DNA of 64,000 nt from TPA_inf: Saccharomyces (taxonomy: Eukaryota): the NCBI GenBank assembly GCA_000146045.2, contig BK006941.2:928001-992000 (forward strand), read 5' to 3'. Positions 45,735-57,971 of this stretch are shown here, one piece after another. The position numbers and the translations under genes are program-made. The notes beneath the pieces are model-generated. The model ran no database searches. It had not been told where the DNA came from and was given only the letters and a program-made list of their open reading frames with translations. Numbering within the stretch: position 1 is the stretch's first letter; each line of letters opens with the position of its first letter.

Positions 45735-46874
45735 CTTTGATATGATTTTGTTTCAGATTTTTTATATAAAAGCTTTCCCAAATAGTGCTAAAGTGAACTT
45801 AGATTTTTTGGTACCTGTTTCGAAATTAAAAATAGAAAAATTTCTCTCCCTATATTGTTATTCTTACTTCAAATTTGTTTATCGTTTATTTACTAGGCGA
45901 GACTTGAGTAGACGACAATCCAAATAGAATTAACAGATTTTATTGGTAGAAAGCAATAATATTCTTTAGATGGTTGAGAATAAAGAAGTAAAAAAACCAG
46001 TAAAGAGAAAAAGAAAAGGAAGAAAATTAAAGAAAAAGGATGATTACACAAGAAGATAATAAAAAAACTCCTTTATTAAGAGCGGAAGAATTTAATAATG
46101 AAGATGGGAATAAGCAAAACAAAAACAAAGAAGGGAAAAAAAATAAAAAATCGTATTTATTTATTTAAAAAATCATGTTGATGACGACAATGGAAAAAAA
46201 AAACCGATTTCACTTTCTCATCCTTATATTTTTCAAAGGTTGATGCAAGTCGATCTCAAATCGGATAACGCTGCCAACTGGGAAATTCCGCAATTCCGCA
46301 AGAAAAAAAAAAATGTGAAAACGTGATTGCATTTTTTACAGGTCCTAAAGGATTTAGCCCACATATCAAGAGGGTGGCAGTAATTGCACTGATTAAGCAT
46401 TCGTCAGCATTAGGCGAATGTGTGCATGAATATTGCCAGTGTGCTCGATATTAGAGAGTACATTGAAGAATATTGTACCGGATTATGTACAATAACTTTG
46501 TTAATGAGATATTAATTTTCTTTTTTACTAGCCGCTATCCCATGCACGATGCTAAATTTCAAGAAGAAACTGAGATTTAAAAAATTAGTGGAAGCTGATA
46601 AAACGGACTATAATGGTGTATGGATTGAGGAATCTCGACATGTTTTTCCATCGTTTTCAACGATGACTGTAACCCGTAGATTGAACCAGGCATGCCAAAG
46701 TTAGTTAGATCAGGGTAAAAATTATAGATGAGGTTATATGTATGGTACGTAAAATTTACATGTTTGGATAGTATCATAAAATATAGAAAGGTGGAAGGGA
46801 TTACCTAAAAATCAGAGTTTATAATATGCAAGGACGGCCTGTTGAGAACAAAAAACTGTAGTATCTATCGCTCA

Positions 46875-48581
46875 CTATATATCTATTAAGTTAGGATTTT
46901 CTTGCTGATGCTGCTGTTGTTGCTGTTGTTGATTGATGGGGACAAACGCAGTGGGAACCATAACATACCCTGTTTGCTGACCCTGCATCATTTGTGGTTG
47001 CTGCTGCGCACCAGTAGAGGCATACTGAAGTTGACCGGCCACGGGATTCGTCATGTATGTGCCCATTGGTGATGTCACCACGTTTTGAGCCTGAAATGGA
47101 TTACCTGTTTGACTATGAGCAAGAATCGGGGTGGTTTGTGCTTGTTGGAGGGTAAAAGGATTTGGGGAGTTTTGGAAATTTTGTTGTTGCTGTTCTCTGG
47201 CAATATTTTCTAGCGAAAATGGGTTGTTAGACCCCGTTTTTGTTGGATCTAAAGTGCCGGTCATAATTGCATTGTTCTCGGTGGTCGTGTATCCGCCGAA
47301 CCCTGAGCCGGTGAAATTTGGGGTGTATTGAAGGTTAGAAGCATACATCCCAGTTTGTTGATTATTCAAATTTGGAGTAATCTGTATCTCACTTGGTTGT
47401 GGCATTGTAGACGCAGATGTCAACTGTAAAGCCTGTTGCTGTTGTTGCGGTATCAAGAAGGGGTTAGCAGTTGGTTGAGGGACTTGAGCGGTCATTTGTG
47501 GCTGGGTTGGTTCGAATGAAAAGGTGTCATTATTTAAATCTTGCTGTTGTGATCCAAATGGGTTGTAAGCATCTTGTGGGACCGTGGGGGAAATGAGCAA
47601 CTGTTGGTTTTGTAATTGTTGCTCCAGCAGTCTTTTTTGTTCCCTTATCTGTTCCAGTTTCTTCTGCGCTATAGACTTATTCTTGTCATTGCTGTTGTTA
47701 TTGTGACTACTGGTAGAGCTAATGGCCGTAGATGGTTTTCTATCTTGCTGCGGTTCAGAAGGTTCACCTCTTTGTCTTTTTGTTTCCTCTCTCAAATGCT
47801 CCTCAAGGGAGTTAATTAACTTTGTAGTAATATGTTTGATAACGGGGATTTTCAAACCGACAGCTTTTCCTATTTTTAGGTATCTAACAACATATTCTGT
47901 CATATCCACGAAATCCTTATAGAGATCCAGTGTTCTTTTTGCGTGCTCAATGGACAATTCGAAGAATGATTCTAAAAGTGTAATGACACCTTCATTAAGA
48001 GCATTGTACAGACCTAGTAAATCTTGTACTAACAATTGGAATGCATACAATAACAAATGGTTTTCTAAATCTGAAACAGAGTATTTATTCCTTATCAAGG
48101 CATTAATTTGAATTTCCAATGATTCAACATGATCTAGCTCTTCATCCATTGAAAGCTGGTTCTTACTGCCCAGCTTTAGCGAGGAGTAATTGTCTCGTAG
48201 GTGATCCATACCTAGCCTGCCATACTCTTCACAACGTGTTTTTAGGTATTCGTCGTATCTCTGCAAAGCCCTCATATCATTGGAAGACCACTTAGTAGTA
48301 TGCGAAATCTTTCTCAATTGGAAAACATCCAAATTATGGGAATAGTGCCTTAGCGTGACATCTTTTTCGCCTTGTTGTATCATCAGATGCAACACAATCA
48401 ATGCCTTATAAACAATGGTCCAGGCTGTATCAGACAACCTTATATCCAATGCGTGGGTAATCTCTTGCAATCCTCTTGCGCTCGAAGTGCCCGAGAGAAT
48501 AGGGTCCACATATTTTTGCTTTGGAGGGGCCATCTTTATTTTGGTCGCCCCTTTAACCAACTTAGTATATAATGAAGACAT
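46875..48581 (-). CDS. YAP1802: Clathrin assembly protein YAP1802 (AP180 family, YGR241C), 568 aa.
   Basis: N-terminal ANTH domain and a Q/N/P-rich C-terminal tail ending with a poly-Q run. Length and position match. Confidence 0.9.
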   Translation of the reverse strand: MSSLYTKLVKGATKIKMAPPKQKYVDPILSGTSSARGLQEITHALDIRLSDTAWTIVYKALIVLHLMIQQGEKDVTLRHYSHNLDVFQLRKISHTTKWSSNDMRALQRYDEYLKTRCEEYGRLGMDHLRDNYSSLKLGSKNQLSMDEELDHVESLEIQINALIRNKYSVSDLENHLLLYAFQLLVQDLLGLYNALNEGVITLLESFFELSIEHAKRTLDLYKDFVDMTEYVVRYLKIGKAVGLKIPVIKHITTKLINSLEEHLREETKRQRGEPSEPQQDRKPSTAISSTSSHNNNSNDKNKSIAQKKLEQIREQKRLLEQQLQNQQLLISPTVPQDAYNPFGSQQQDLNNDTFSFEPTQPQMTAQVPQPTANPFLIPQQQQQALQLTSASTMPQPSEIQITPNLNNQQTGMYASNLQYTPNFTGSGFGGYTTTENNAIMTGTLDPTKTGSNNPFSLENIAREQQQQNFQNSPNPFTLQQAQTTPILAHSQTGNPFQAQNVVTSPMGTYMTNPVAGQLQYASTGAQQQPQMMQGQQTGYVMVPTAFVPINQQQQQQQHQQENPNLIDI

Positions 48582-48723
48582 TGTTTCACAAACACGCCTC
48601 TATATCTATTATAGGGGTAGCCGAGACAGTCGCGCTTGTATGCTTGATATTGTTACTCTCGTAGATGTTAGCAAGCGTAGCAAATTGGTACTCCTGCTAC
48701 AGATTTATTTTTTCTCCTTCTAA
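48415..48723 (+). other. Antisense ORF (102 codons) overlapping the YAP1802 5' end. It probably corresponds to a database 'dubious' ORF (YGR242W).
   Basis: It overlaps the conserved ANTH-domain coding region on the opposite strand. Confidence 0.25.
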
Positions 48724-49335
48724 AATTATAACTCAAGCAAGAAGCCCTAATAACAAGTTAACCAGACTAATAAGTCGACTTTTTCCTCGAATGTAGAAAA
48801 GAAACTTTTCTACGCAGCTGCAAACTTAATCTATCCCTCCACCAAAGCAAAATGAAAACAAAGCCATACTGGGAAAAATCTGAAAAAAAAAATGGTAGGA
48901 GTAAAAGAAAAGAAAAAATAAAGGTTACCCTGCAGTTTGGATAGTCGGGTAACATTTGGCCCTTTTCCTCCTTGATTGGATATTATTACCCCGATTACCC
49001 CTCATCTTGGGAGTGCCCCGCTTTTATTTCTCCCGCCAATCGGCTATTAACGGCTTTACGTCATTCCGTGGGCGGGTCAAGCGAGCCGCTCCCTGGTTTG
49101 GTCACGCAAAACCGAAAGGCTCAAACAAAACTAAGGCCATCATATATATATATGCGGCTGCGTGCGTGTATTCTCCCGGATAATATGGTGCGTTGCAATT
49201 GGAGTATTGGAGAAAATTTTCTTTTCCCTTTCATTACGGCGGAAATACTTCATATAAAAAAAAAGAATACAATCAGTCTTTAAGACTATACGCATAAGCA
49301 TTCAAGACACATAGAAACACAAACCTATATTTTTA

Positions 49336-49776
49336 ATGTCAGCATCAGCTTTTAATTTTGCCTTTAGAAGATTTTGGAATAGTGAAACAGGCCCTAAAAC
49401 AGTACACTTCTGGGCCCCAACTTTGAAGTGGGGGCTGGTCTTCGCAGGGCTAAATGATATTAAGAGGCCTGTTGAGAAGGTATCAGGAGCACAAAATTTA
49501 TCTTTATTAGCGACGGCACTGATTTGGACGCGTTGGTCGTTTGTCATCAAGCCCAAGAACTATCTGTTAGCTTCCGTCAATTTTTTCCTGGGTTGCACTG
49601 CAGGCTACCATCTAACAAGAATTGCTAACTTTAGGATACGGAACGGTGATTCTTTTAAACAGGTTATTCACTACATAATAAAAGGGGAGACTCCTGCAGC
49701 CGTCGCAGCAAAGCAAACTGCATCCACATCGATGAACAAAGGTGTGATCGGTACTAATCCGCCAATAACGCACTGA
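49336..49776 (+). CDS. MPC3: Mitochondrial pyruvate carrier subunit MPC3 (YGR243W), 146 aa.
   Basis: MPC/UPF0041 family sequence (FWAPTLKWGLVFAGLNDIKRPVEKVSG...). Length matches. Confidence 0.88.
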   Translation: MSASAFNFAFRRFWNSETGPKTVHFWAPTLKWGLVFAGLNDIKRPVEKVSGAQNLSLLATALIWTRWSFVIKPKNYLLASVNFFLGCTAGYHLTRIANFRIRNGDSFKQVIHYIIKGETPAAVAAKQTASTSMNKGVIGTNPPITH

Positions 49777-50035
49777 TTACGTAAACGATAATATGTTCCT
49801 GAACTCGCATTTTTTTAATGATTTTTTATGACCTCTTATATATTCTTTCATTATATAACCTCTATATTACATCAAAAGATGGAAAAATATAAAAAAATTA
49901 AAAAAAAAAAAAAGAAATTTTTTCCAAAAGAGTATATTTATATGTATGTATACATGTAGGGAAAATAAGAAACTTTATTAATAGTAAAAAAGCATATATA
50001 CTTTATTATTAACTCTTTTGTTTTTCTCGAGAAGC

Positions 50036-51319
50036 TTAATTTTGGGTCAATTCAACGACCTTTTTAGCAGCAGGATCTAATTCATCAAACGAATAAATCT
50101 TCACGCCTGACTTATTGATAATGTCGCGGCCTTCTTCTACTTTGGTACCTTGCAAACGTGCCACAATGGGGACCCTAACTTCTAGTTCTCTGGCGGCTTC
50201 TACCAGCCCCAGGGCAACATAGTCACATCTTACGATACCGCCGAAAATATTGACGAAAATTGCATCTACGTTCTTATTGGATAAGATCAATTCGAAACCT
50301 TGTTTGATGGTCTCAGGGGTGGCACCACCACCACAATCCAAAAAGTTCGCAGGATCGCCTCCATTTAATTTGATGACATCCATAGTAGCCATAGCCAAAC
50401 CAGCACCATTGACTAAACATCCAATGTTACCCTTCAACTTAACAAAATTCAAATCATACTTCTTTGCCTTAACTTCATCAGGATCTTCTTGTGATAAGTC
50501 CCTCCAGGAATATATCTTTTCCTGTCTGAATGATGCGTTATCATCAAACCCAAATTTGGCGTCTGTACACATGATTTTGTGGGTTGGATCATGTTCAATT
50601 TCACTCAAAGGGTTAATCTCCACTTGTGTAGCATCCCTTTCCATGAATATTTTATACAAATTGGAAACAGCTTTTGCTGCCTCGTCTTGTGCATCGGGAC
50701 TGAAACCGAGACTCTTGGCAACATCCTTGGCCATTTGTGGGCTCAATCCCTTTGAAGTTTCAATTGAAAATTTCTTTATAGCATCTGGGGTTCTCTCAGC
50801 CACCTCTTCAATATTCATACCACCTTGACTGGACGCAATGATCATCGGTTTCTTGGTTTGTCTGTCCATTAGAATAGATAAATAAGCTTCATGCTTTGTA
50901 TCTACTCTTTTCACTATATATACAGCAGATACTGGCTTCCCCGCTATTCCCGTCTGTTTAGTAATCAGGTTATGATTGAGCATTTCTTTTGCAACATCCT
51001 CTGCCTGCTGAGGACTTTCGATCATGTGAACACCGCTTTTGTAACCGGTGTCGAAGTGACCTTTACCTCTACCTCCGGTCAATGCCTGCGCCTTGATGAC
51101 CAGTTTGTTAGTGTTTAATTTCTTGGCTGCTTCGAAAGCCTCTTCGGGAGTGAACGCTGGAAATCCTTCTGGAGTACCAATACCGTATTCCCTCAATAAC
51201 TGAGCTGACCTGTATTCATGAATTGACAAGTGTCTCCTTGCTTGTAAAGCAGCTTGCGCGTTTAGCCTGCTTAATTGCCCACACTTTGAAATTAGGGATA
51301 AGGATTTTCTTGAGTACAT
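50036..51319 (-). CDS. LSC2: Succinyl-CoA ligase beta subunit LSC2 (YGR244C), 427 aa from the second in-frame ATG. The ORF track starts five codons earlier, at 51334.
   Basis: ATP-grasp plus CoA-ligase domains typical of SucC (GGRGKG, VNIFGGIVRCD). The known 427-aa length fits MYSRKSL.... Confidence 0.92.
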   Translation of the reverse strand: MYSRKSLSLISKCGQLSRLNAQAALQARRHLSIHEYRSAQLLREYGIGTPEGFPAFTPEEAFEAAKKLNTNKLVIKAQALTGGRGKGHFDTGYKSGVHMIESPQQAEDVAKEMLNHNLITKQTGIAGKPVSAVYIVKRVDTKHEAYLSILMDRQTKKPMIIASSQGGMNIEEVAERTPDAIKKFSIETSKGLSPQMAKDVAKSLGFSPDAQDEAAKAVSNLYKIFMERDATQVEINPLSEIEHDPTHKIMCTDAKFGFDDNASFRQEKIYSWRDLSQEDPDEVKAKKYDLNFVKLKGNIGCLVNGAGLAMATMDVIKLNGGDPANFLDCGGGATPETIKQGFELILSNKNVDAIFVNIFGGIVRCDYVALGLVEAARELEVRVPIVARLQGTKVEEGRDIINKSGVKIYSFDELDPAAKKVVELTQN

Positions 51320-51764
51320 TTTGTTCAGTTGCAATGCTTCAGTATTTTTTTCGATTGTATTGACTCAATCCTTATTAATCCTAACTACCTAAAAGTCAGT
51401 TACAAAAAAACTGGACTATCGCTCTATAGTCACTGTTATTTTTCGAGAGAAAACGTCAAAGTGCTGATAAGGAAAACGTCGATCTTATATAAAACCTCAA
51501 AGATGTTGACTACGCGGCAATTGAAAGGCCAACCAACTTTTAGAATACTCACTCCGCCGCTGCGGGGAAAAGCCGAGAATTCCCGATGAACACATAATCG
51601 ATACCAGTTGGAGCATTTTTCTCTGTACCAAGACATAAAAAGAGTTTTTTTTAGTATCTACCTGGCTTTGGTGTTCCATTCAAGGTAGAGAAGTCCTCAT
51701 ACAGTTGGAGAGATGAATGTATCTGTGTATATGTATGTATATATTAATATGGCTACGATGTCGT

Positions 51765-54068
51765 CTAATACCCCTTCTTCTTTTGTTTGGTGATGTGTGC
51801 ACGTAACACTTTTTGCTTGTCTCGTAGTGACATTTTTTGTTTACCTCTAACAGATCTCTTGTGAATAGACATAACAAAGTTCTTCCTTCTTTCTTTTTCT
51901 CTGTTGGTAGTAGAACGCATGTTGTCACGCTTACCGCGTCTACTACCAAATTTGTCTCTACCTTCACGACCTTCCAACACCTTTTGTAATCTTTCCTCAC
52001 GAGACTGTTTGTATTTGATAGGGCCTGTTAGTGTACTTGCATCAACTAACTCTTCACGCTTGTCTTGTTTGTGGATACCCATTATTTTAGCAACGCTTTC
52101 CTCATTACGCAATTCTTGTAGTTTAGCGAAATCTGCCGGAGTTAAAATACGTGTAGAAGCAATTTCACGGAAGGCAGCTTCGGGATCTATATCTGCATCT
52201 TCTTGCTCATCCTTCACTTCTTTTTCATCGTCATCATCGCTTAGTTCCAAATCGGAATCTGATTCCTTGCCCTTAGCATTGTCTTTTTCATCGTCACTAT
52301 CTTCCATATCAACGTCATATTCTTTATCACTATCCATGGTGACCCACTCACCGTCGACATCGTCTTCTTCGCTATCGACATCTACTTCCCAGTTGGCATC
52401 AGCGTCTTCATTTTCACTCTCTTCACCATGTTCTTTCTTCCATTTGGCTAACAGTTCGATACCAGCAATCCCTTGAACACTGTTGTCGGCACCAAATTGC
52501 GGTCTTTTTGAATCTTTACCTCCTTTCTTGGCTTCTTGTACTTCCATGGCGGCATTCTTACCACGATCCTTCTTCTTTAGCATTTCTGGTGCCACGTCTC
52601 TATACAACGCTATCAATGACTTGGCAGCCATATTGACACCTTTAGCTTTAGACCCCTTATATTCTACCAGATCCTGTAGTAGAATCTCATCGATAGCCAA
52701 AGGTGCACGAGAGCATATTTCTCTAATGGTATTAATGCCTGCAGCAGCGACTTCATTGGCAACACCGTCTGATACAAACTCGTCTGCAATCTTTCTCACC
52801 ATGACATTTATAACTTCAGGAGGGACAAGATCATGACATGCTTGGGCACATGCGGACATAATTCTTGTAACATCTCTTTGTTTCGGAGTTAAGTACTTTA
52901 AAAAAAAAGTATAAATTCCTAAAACAATTAACTTATGGGTACCAATCAACCTTGATAACAGCTGCATCAAAGATATTTTTTGTTCCATGTCAAATTTGTT
53001 TTTCGTTTTGCCTGAAAGATGTTCCTTAAACAATTTTTCGGCAAATCCTTGTGGATCTCTCAAAAGGTGGATAGCACTGAAGTTTAAATACCCTTGAGGA
53101 GCACCCGGTCCGTTCTTCTTCTTCTTCTTCACAGTTTTTATGGCATTCTCCAGCTTCTTACCACGTCTACCCGTTTTTTTATTGACTTGCATCTTATGCC
53201 TTAATGCATCTAAATCAAACCCATCCTCATCCTCGGAATTTTCTTCAAAATTTTCTTCACGTTCTCTGTCAGCATCCAAAAAAAACATCACACCAGACAT
53301 GACAATCTTAACATCCTGATGTAATGCTGCTTGGGTCATAATTTCTACTGTTCTTGAATCATCCCAAATACCACGTCTCCAAAGTTCTCTGGTTAATTTT
53401 GTGGCCCAGATTCCCTGGGAATCTGGTTGATCTAACAAATTAAAGCAAACGGCCTGCGTAGATTTGTTCAATTTTTGATTTTTACCATTAGTATTACAAC
53501 TTTTTAATAAAGAAATTAAATTTGTATAAATGATTTTCCTCAATTCCTTGGCGTGTGAATTAACGCCGAGTGAATTACCATGGGAAGAGTAAGCAACCAA
53601 TAAAGGAAATAAGCTTTGAATTAATTCCTCAGCAGTAATGACGTCCTTATTCCTTAACATCGTCAAACAACTTAAGATTTTTTCTTTCAATTCAAATGGC
53701 AAGGACTTATGGTGTTCCAGCAAAAGCTGCTTTAATTCAGACGGGAAGTTTGCAGTTTCACGAGGAAAACATGAGCAGACTTGAGATACGAAGCCAACCA
53801 ATTCAATAAGTTGCGAAGTTGAAGTGCTCATGGTGGTACCGTTAGTACCTGCCATTGTAGAAGATCCATTTCCTACATCGAGCCCATTAGTGGCAGCTGC
53901 AGAATCACCTCCAGCAAGCCCATTTAACATAAAAATGTCCCTTAGCGATTCATAATGTGCATATTGTTGAAGAAACTCCTCTTGATAGGACTCTGGGTCA
54001 CGCTTTACCAAATTCTGTAAAAGAATGATATTTGTTGGGAGCATAGCTGCTCTACTTCTTCTACCCAT
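51765..54068 (-). CDS. SDA1: 60S pre-ribosome export and actin-organisation protein SDA1 (YGR245C), 767 aa.
   Basis: Full ORF of 767 aa with an acidic D/E-rich C-terminal half and a basic KR-rich tail. Position matches. Confidence 0.9.
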
Positions 54069-54481
54069 TGTTGATGCCCTTGATTGGTATATTCAGTGCG
54101 TCTTGTGCTTCCTCCTTAACTATTATTACTTATTCAAAAAAGTGACGTTTGATATGTTTTTTTAGTGGTAGAACGTTCTATCTGTTAAGCGTGTTATGGT
54201 TATCTGCGATGAGATGAGTTTAAAATTTTCATTTTTTAGCCGATCAAGCAAAAGAAAAGAAAAAAAAAAAAAACTGAAATTTCCACCTTACCCGTTTTTT
54301 TAATGGAACAGTGATTGTTACGACATTGAGATTTTAGATTTATATAATCACATACATATTAAATAGTTAATGCACCTTTAATTCTTTTGCACTTCATGTT
54401 CTATATATTTTAGCCAAAACCAAATGTATTGCGTCTTTATTTCCGTTCCCTTTTTCCTTCCTAGGGTTGATTACCTAAACG

Positions 54482-56272
54482 TTACCTAAACAAACCGTCA
54501 ATGGCGTCGTAATTAATCTTCTTGGAGAAACTTGCCTTCTGCAACATGTTCTTGACACTATCAGCAGTTGTGAAATCACCACTTTCCTCAGCTGCCTTCA
54601 ATGCAGCGTGTAAACCAGACTTATCTTGTAAGTCTGACATCAATCCGATAGCTGCTGCTGCATCCACAGTTTTTGTAGGTTCGTCACTTCTAGTATTATT
54701 CCTACGTCTCGTACGTTTTTTTTTCACTGATGTGTTACCTGTGGCAATATCTGCCTCCTGTTTCAAACGTTTACTCTCTTGTTCAAGTAAGAAATCTGCG
54801 TTCAGACCAATCCAAATTCTTTCCTTCAATTTAGAAGCTTCCTCGTTTAATAGGTGCGCGTTTAACTCCTCATCATCAACATCTTCTAAATTATCTGGGT
54901 CGTCACTAACTTTCGAAAGGTATGTGTCCGTTGTGGGTAACAAGTGTAAATTGCGAGGACAATATGGGTCTGTTTCTAGAGAGTAACCATCAATGGCATC
55001 TTGAAAATGCCCAGATTCGTTCTCTTTCTTTTCTTCTGATGTTTTTGTCTTTACCTTCTTGACTTTTTCCTCAGTCCCTTCCGTCTCTTTGTCTTCCCCT
55101 TCAACATGCTCGTTCTGGATAGAAACTTCAGAAAGTTTGCGTTTCCTTGTTTCGTTTTCAGAACCTTCATGGTATATATTTTCACCATCTATACCATTAG
55201 TAGCCTTAATCCTCTCCACAACACGGGCCCTTCTTTCTGAAAATTGTTTTAAGTAAAACAGGACTTCCTTGGAAGACAGTTCTTGTTCTCCTAATACTTG
55301 CGTCAAAATTGGATTTTTATTCAATGCTTCTTCACTTGTTTGAAACATCTCTTCTTTGTCTAAAGAGTCCTTTATTTTTCTTTCTTTCTTTCTGTTCTTC
55401 ACAAAGGAGGGAGGCCTAGCCTCACCGTCTTCCACATCATTTTCTCTAAATTTTTGAACTGAAAGTTTAGCAGCCTTTGTATTTTTGAATTCGTTCAACC
55501 GTTGCTGTAAAGTTTCCTCGGCGACATGTGAAACTGCGACGATCTCTGTATGAGTTCTTCTCAAATTATTCATCCTGCAAGCTAGTAGAATACATGCGCC
55601 GGCAATACCTGCAGGTCTACGTCCTTCAAACATCCAGTCCTTGGACATTCTTTGAGCCAATTTTACGGCATCTTTTACCACTTTGATCTTCTTGTCAGCA
55701 AGATCCAATTTTTCGGCAAAATGTTGAATGAATAAGGAAGGATCCGCTAACGGCAATTCTGTGATATGTAATTTCTTTACCATTTTCAAAAATGTGGCTC
55801 CTATGGAATACACACTCACCTGTAACCTTGAAGAGAAGTCGATCAGCATATGATGCGTCTTTTCCTTTCTACATGCAACGTAAAGACATGAAGCGATAAC
55901 ATTTTGGGACCTACGACCTTGTACAAAGTTATTAGCCAATGCAAGCTTATACCATTGGAAAGCAGCATCTGTGATATATTCCGGGATATGTAATGCGTAA
56001 GAAACGGCGCGTAATTTCCTTCTTGCATTGTTCAATGTGGCTTCTCTAGATTCTAGAGCACTAGAACCACCAAATGCAGCATGACTTTGTCCTGCACCGA
56101 TAAAAGAACCTTGTACTACAGCAGCACCTGCACTTGTTTCACCGAATGTAACTTCAGAGACGATAGGATTATCTTCTGAGACAACACCACAAGCTTTACA
56201 AACTAAATCGTTGTTAGCATTGGAAAGATCTCTCTCAAATTCGGTTCCGTGACAGTTCTTACACACTGGCAT
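54482..56272 (-). CDS. BRF1: TFIIIB subunit BRF1 (YGR246C), 596 aa.
   Basis: N-terminal zinc ribbon (CKNCHGTEFERD...CKACG) and TFIIB-like cyclin repeats followed by a Brf1 homology C-terminal region. Length matches. Confidence 0.93.
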   Translation of the reverse strand: MPVCKNCHGTEFERDLSNANNDLVCKACGVVSEDNPIVSEVTFGETSAGAAVVQGSFIGAGQSHAAFGGSSALESREATLNNARRKLRAVSYALHIPEYITDAAFQWYKLALANNFVQGRRSQNVIASCLYVACRKEKTHHMLIDFSSRLQVSVYSIGATFLKMVKKLHITELPLADPSLFIQHFAEKLDLADKKIKVVKDAVKLAQRMSKDWMFEGRRPAGIAGACILLACRMNNLRRTHTEIVAVSHVAEETLQQRLNEFKNTKAAKLSVQKFRENDVEDGEARPPSFVKNRKKERKIKDSLDKEEMFQTSEEALNKNPILTQVLGEQELSSKEVLFYLKQFSERRARVVERIKATNGIDGENIYHEGSENETRKRKLSEVSIQNEHVEGEDKETEGTEEKVKKVKTKTSEEKKENESGHFQDAIDGYSLETDPYCPRNLHLLPTTDTYLSKVSDDPDNLEDVDDEELNAHLLNEEASKLKERIWIGLNADFLLEQESKRLKQEADIATGNTSVKKKRTRRRNNTRSDEPTKTVDAAAAIGLMSDLQDKSGLHAALKAAEESGDFTTADSVKNMLQKASFSKKINYDAIDGLFR

Positions 56273-56965
56273 TGGTATATGACTATGGACTCTTTTTTAT
56301 TACCGTTTTTACCATTGGGATTGTTCTTGATGCGATCAAAAATATGATTTTTTTTATCATACCTGATACTTCGCGAAAACCTTAGAATAGCAAATAAGGC
56401 CATCGCAACATTAATAGACAAAAATTAGAGTCACTTCACTTCGTTGATTTTTGATAGCGACGGCCGTGACCATTGCAAGATTTCTAATGAGGGGAAGAAC
56501 AACTTTTCTTGTAGATTACCTCCACTTTAATCGGATGTCTTTTTTTACGTCCAAGAGTATTCAATGTCATCAAGATAGAAGCAAATTTTTCTAACACTAA
56601 ATGTTATATTGCATCTGTATCAGTATATATGTGTATGTGGGAAGCCATAGTTCACTACTTCACAACTTTAAAAACAATCTATTTTCCTTTGTTCACTAAG
56701 TGATTTTGTAGGCGTGATCAAGTGCTTACCGGGGGGTTTTTATTTTTTTTAGGTTAGATCCGATGGAGAAGCGATGCAGGTGAAGTTTAATAAGAACCCA
56801 ATTCGTAAGCAGGGGCACAAACAATCAAGAAGTTATCAAAGTCACTTTTGAGATACCAAGAATCTAATCAGATTATTTTATCATTTTATTTTACCATCAA
56901 TTGTAATTATTCTAGTTTGGGAATTCGCGATACTTCAATTTGCTAATATCAGTAACCACAGAAAA

Positions 56966-57685
56966 ATGGCAATAGCATTATGGTATTGTCCACCACAAGG
57001 ATCAGTTGCTTACGAGACATTACAGATGCTTATATTTTCGTTTCAAACGTTGTTCCCAGATTCACCAGTTTTTGAACCTCATGTGACGGTAACGTCCCAT
57101 TTGGTGTGCAATAGTAAAGATGATGTCAACAAAATCTTGACCTCCTGTGTTGCTGCCATCCAATCGATAAGGTCACACCAAACAGCAAAGAAAGGACGTA
57201 AGGGACAGGTATCCCATGCTGTTGCAGCTCCTTTGGTATCTTTCAATGGATGCAGTGTAGGTAAACAATATTTCAAGAAAATTGTGCTCGAGTGTAACAA
57301 GAACAAAATACTTTATGGGGTCGCACAAGTCATGAGAGAGATGTACGTAGAGATCGATCCTGAGACGCGAAGTAGCCGTGCCGCCACTTGGGTGCACGAG
57401 GAATTCCATCCTCACGTCTCATTGCTTTATTCGGATATTCATCCGGTAAGTCAGGCGTCATTGCGAGTAGTTCAACAAAGAATTGAAGATGCTCTAGACG
57501 TGCAACTAGTTCCAAGAGAGAAACGTAAGGGTTCCGGAAACGCTGATGGGTCCAATGAAGTGCAAATGAGATGGGATTTTGACGTATCTTCATCGCTATC
57601 TTGGAATATCCCAGGAACGTTTAAAGTGGTCAACTGTGTGGGGCCCGTTCAAGAATGGGAGGTATTGGGACGGGTGGACGTTTAA
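56966..57685 (+). CDS. CPD1: 2',3'-cyclic-nucleotide 3'-phosphodiesterase CPD1 (2H phosphoesterase, YGR247W), 239 aa.
   Basis: Two H-x-T/S-x motifs (HVTVTSH and HPHVSLLY). Length and position match. Confidence 0.88.
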   Translation: MAIALWYCPPQGSVAYETLQMLIFSFQTLFPDSPVFEPHVTVTSHLVCNSKDDVNKILTSCVAAIQSIRSHQTAKKGRKGQVSHAVAAPLVSFNGCSVGKQYFKKIVLECNKNKILYGVAQVMREMYVEIDPETRSSRAATWVHEEFHPHVSLLYSDIHPVSQASLRVVQQRIEDALDVQLVPREKRKGSGNADGSNEVQMRWDFDVSSSLSWNIPGTFKVVNCVGPVQEWEVLGRVDV

Positions 57686-57971
57686 GCATACATTTATGTG
57701 CACTGTAAGTAATTATATAGAATTTTTTTTTTTTTTTTTTTTTTCATATCTGTCAATACTTGAAAATGTTCTAGTTAGAGATTTACGTATACTGATCGCT
57801 TGCCTTCGCAAGGGATGGAAATCCCTTGAAAATTAAAAAAATCCCCCCCTAAGCAGCGAAAATTGTAAGATCCATAATATTTAAGAAATGACGAAGAACG
57901 TAGTCTTATCGCAGCAGTTTTCCAAACAAAGAATGCCATTCATCAAATAATCCACAACCACCTCAAGAAAA

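Noticed and set aside
45735-46874. A-rich and GA-rich tracts (GAAAAAGAAAAGGAAGAAAATTAAAGAAAAAGG…) between PFK1 and YAP1802; considered as a satellite or unusual repeat.
   Set aside because: It is a homopurine-rich PFK1 promoter / YAP1802 3' region typical of yeast nucleosome-depleted promoters. There is no defined repeat unit.
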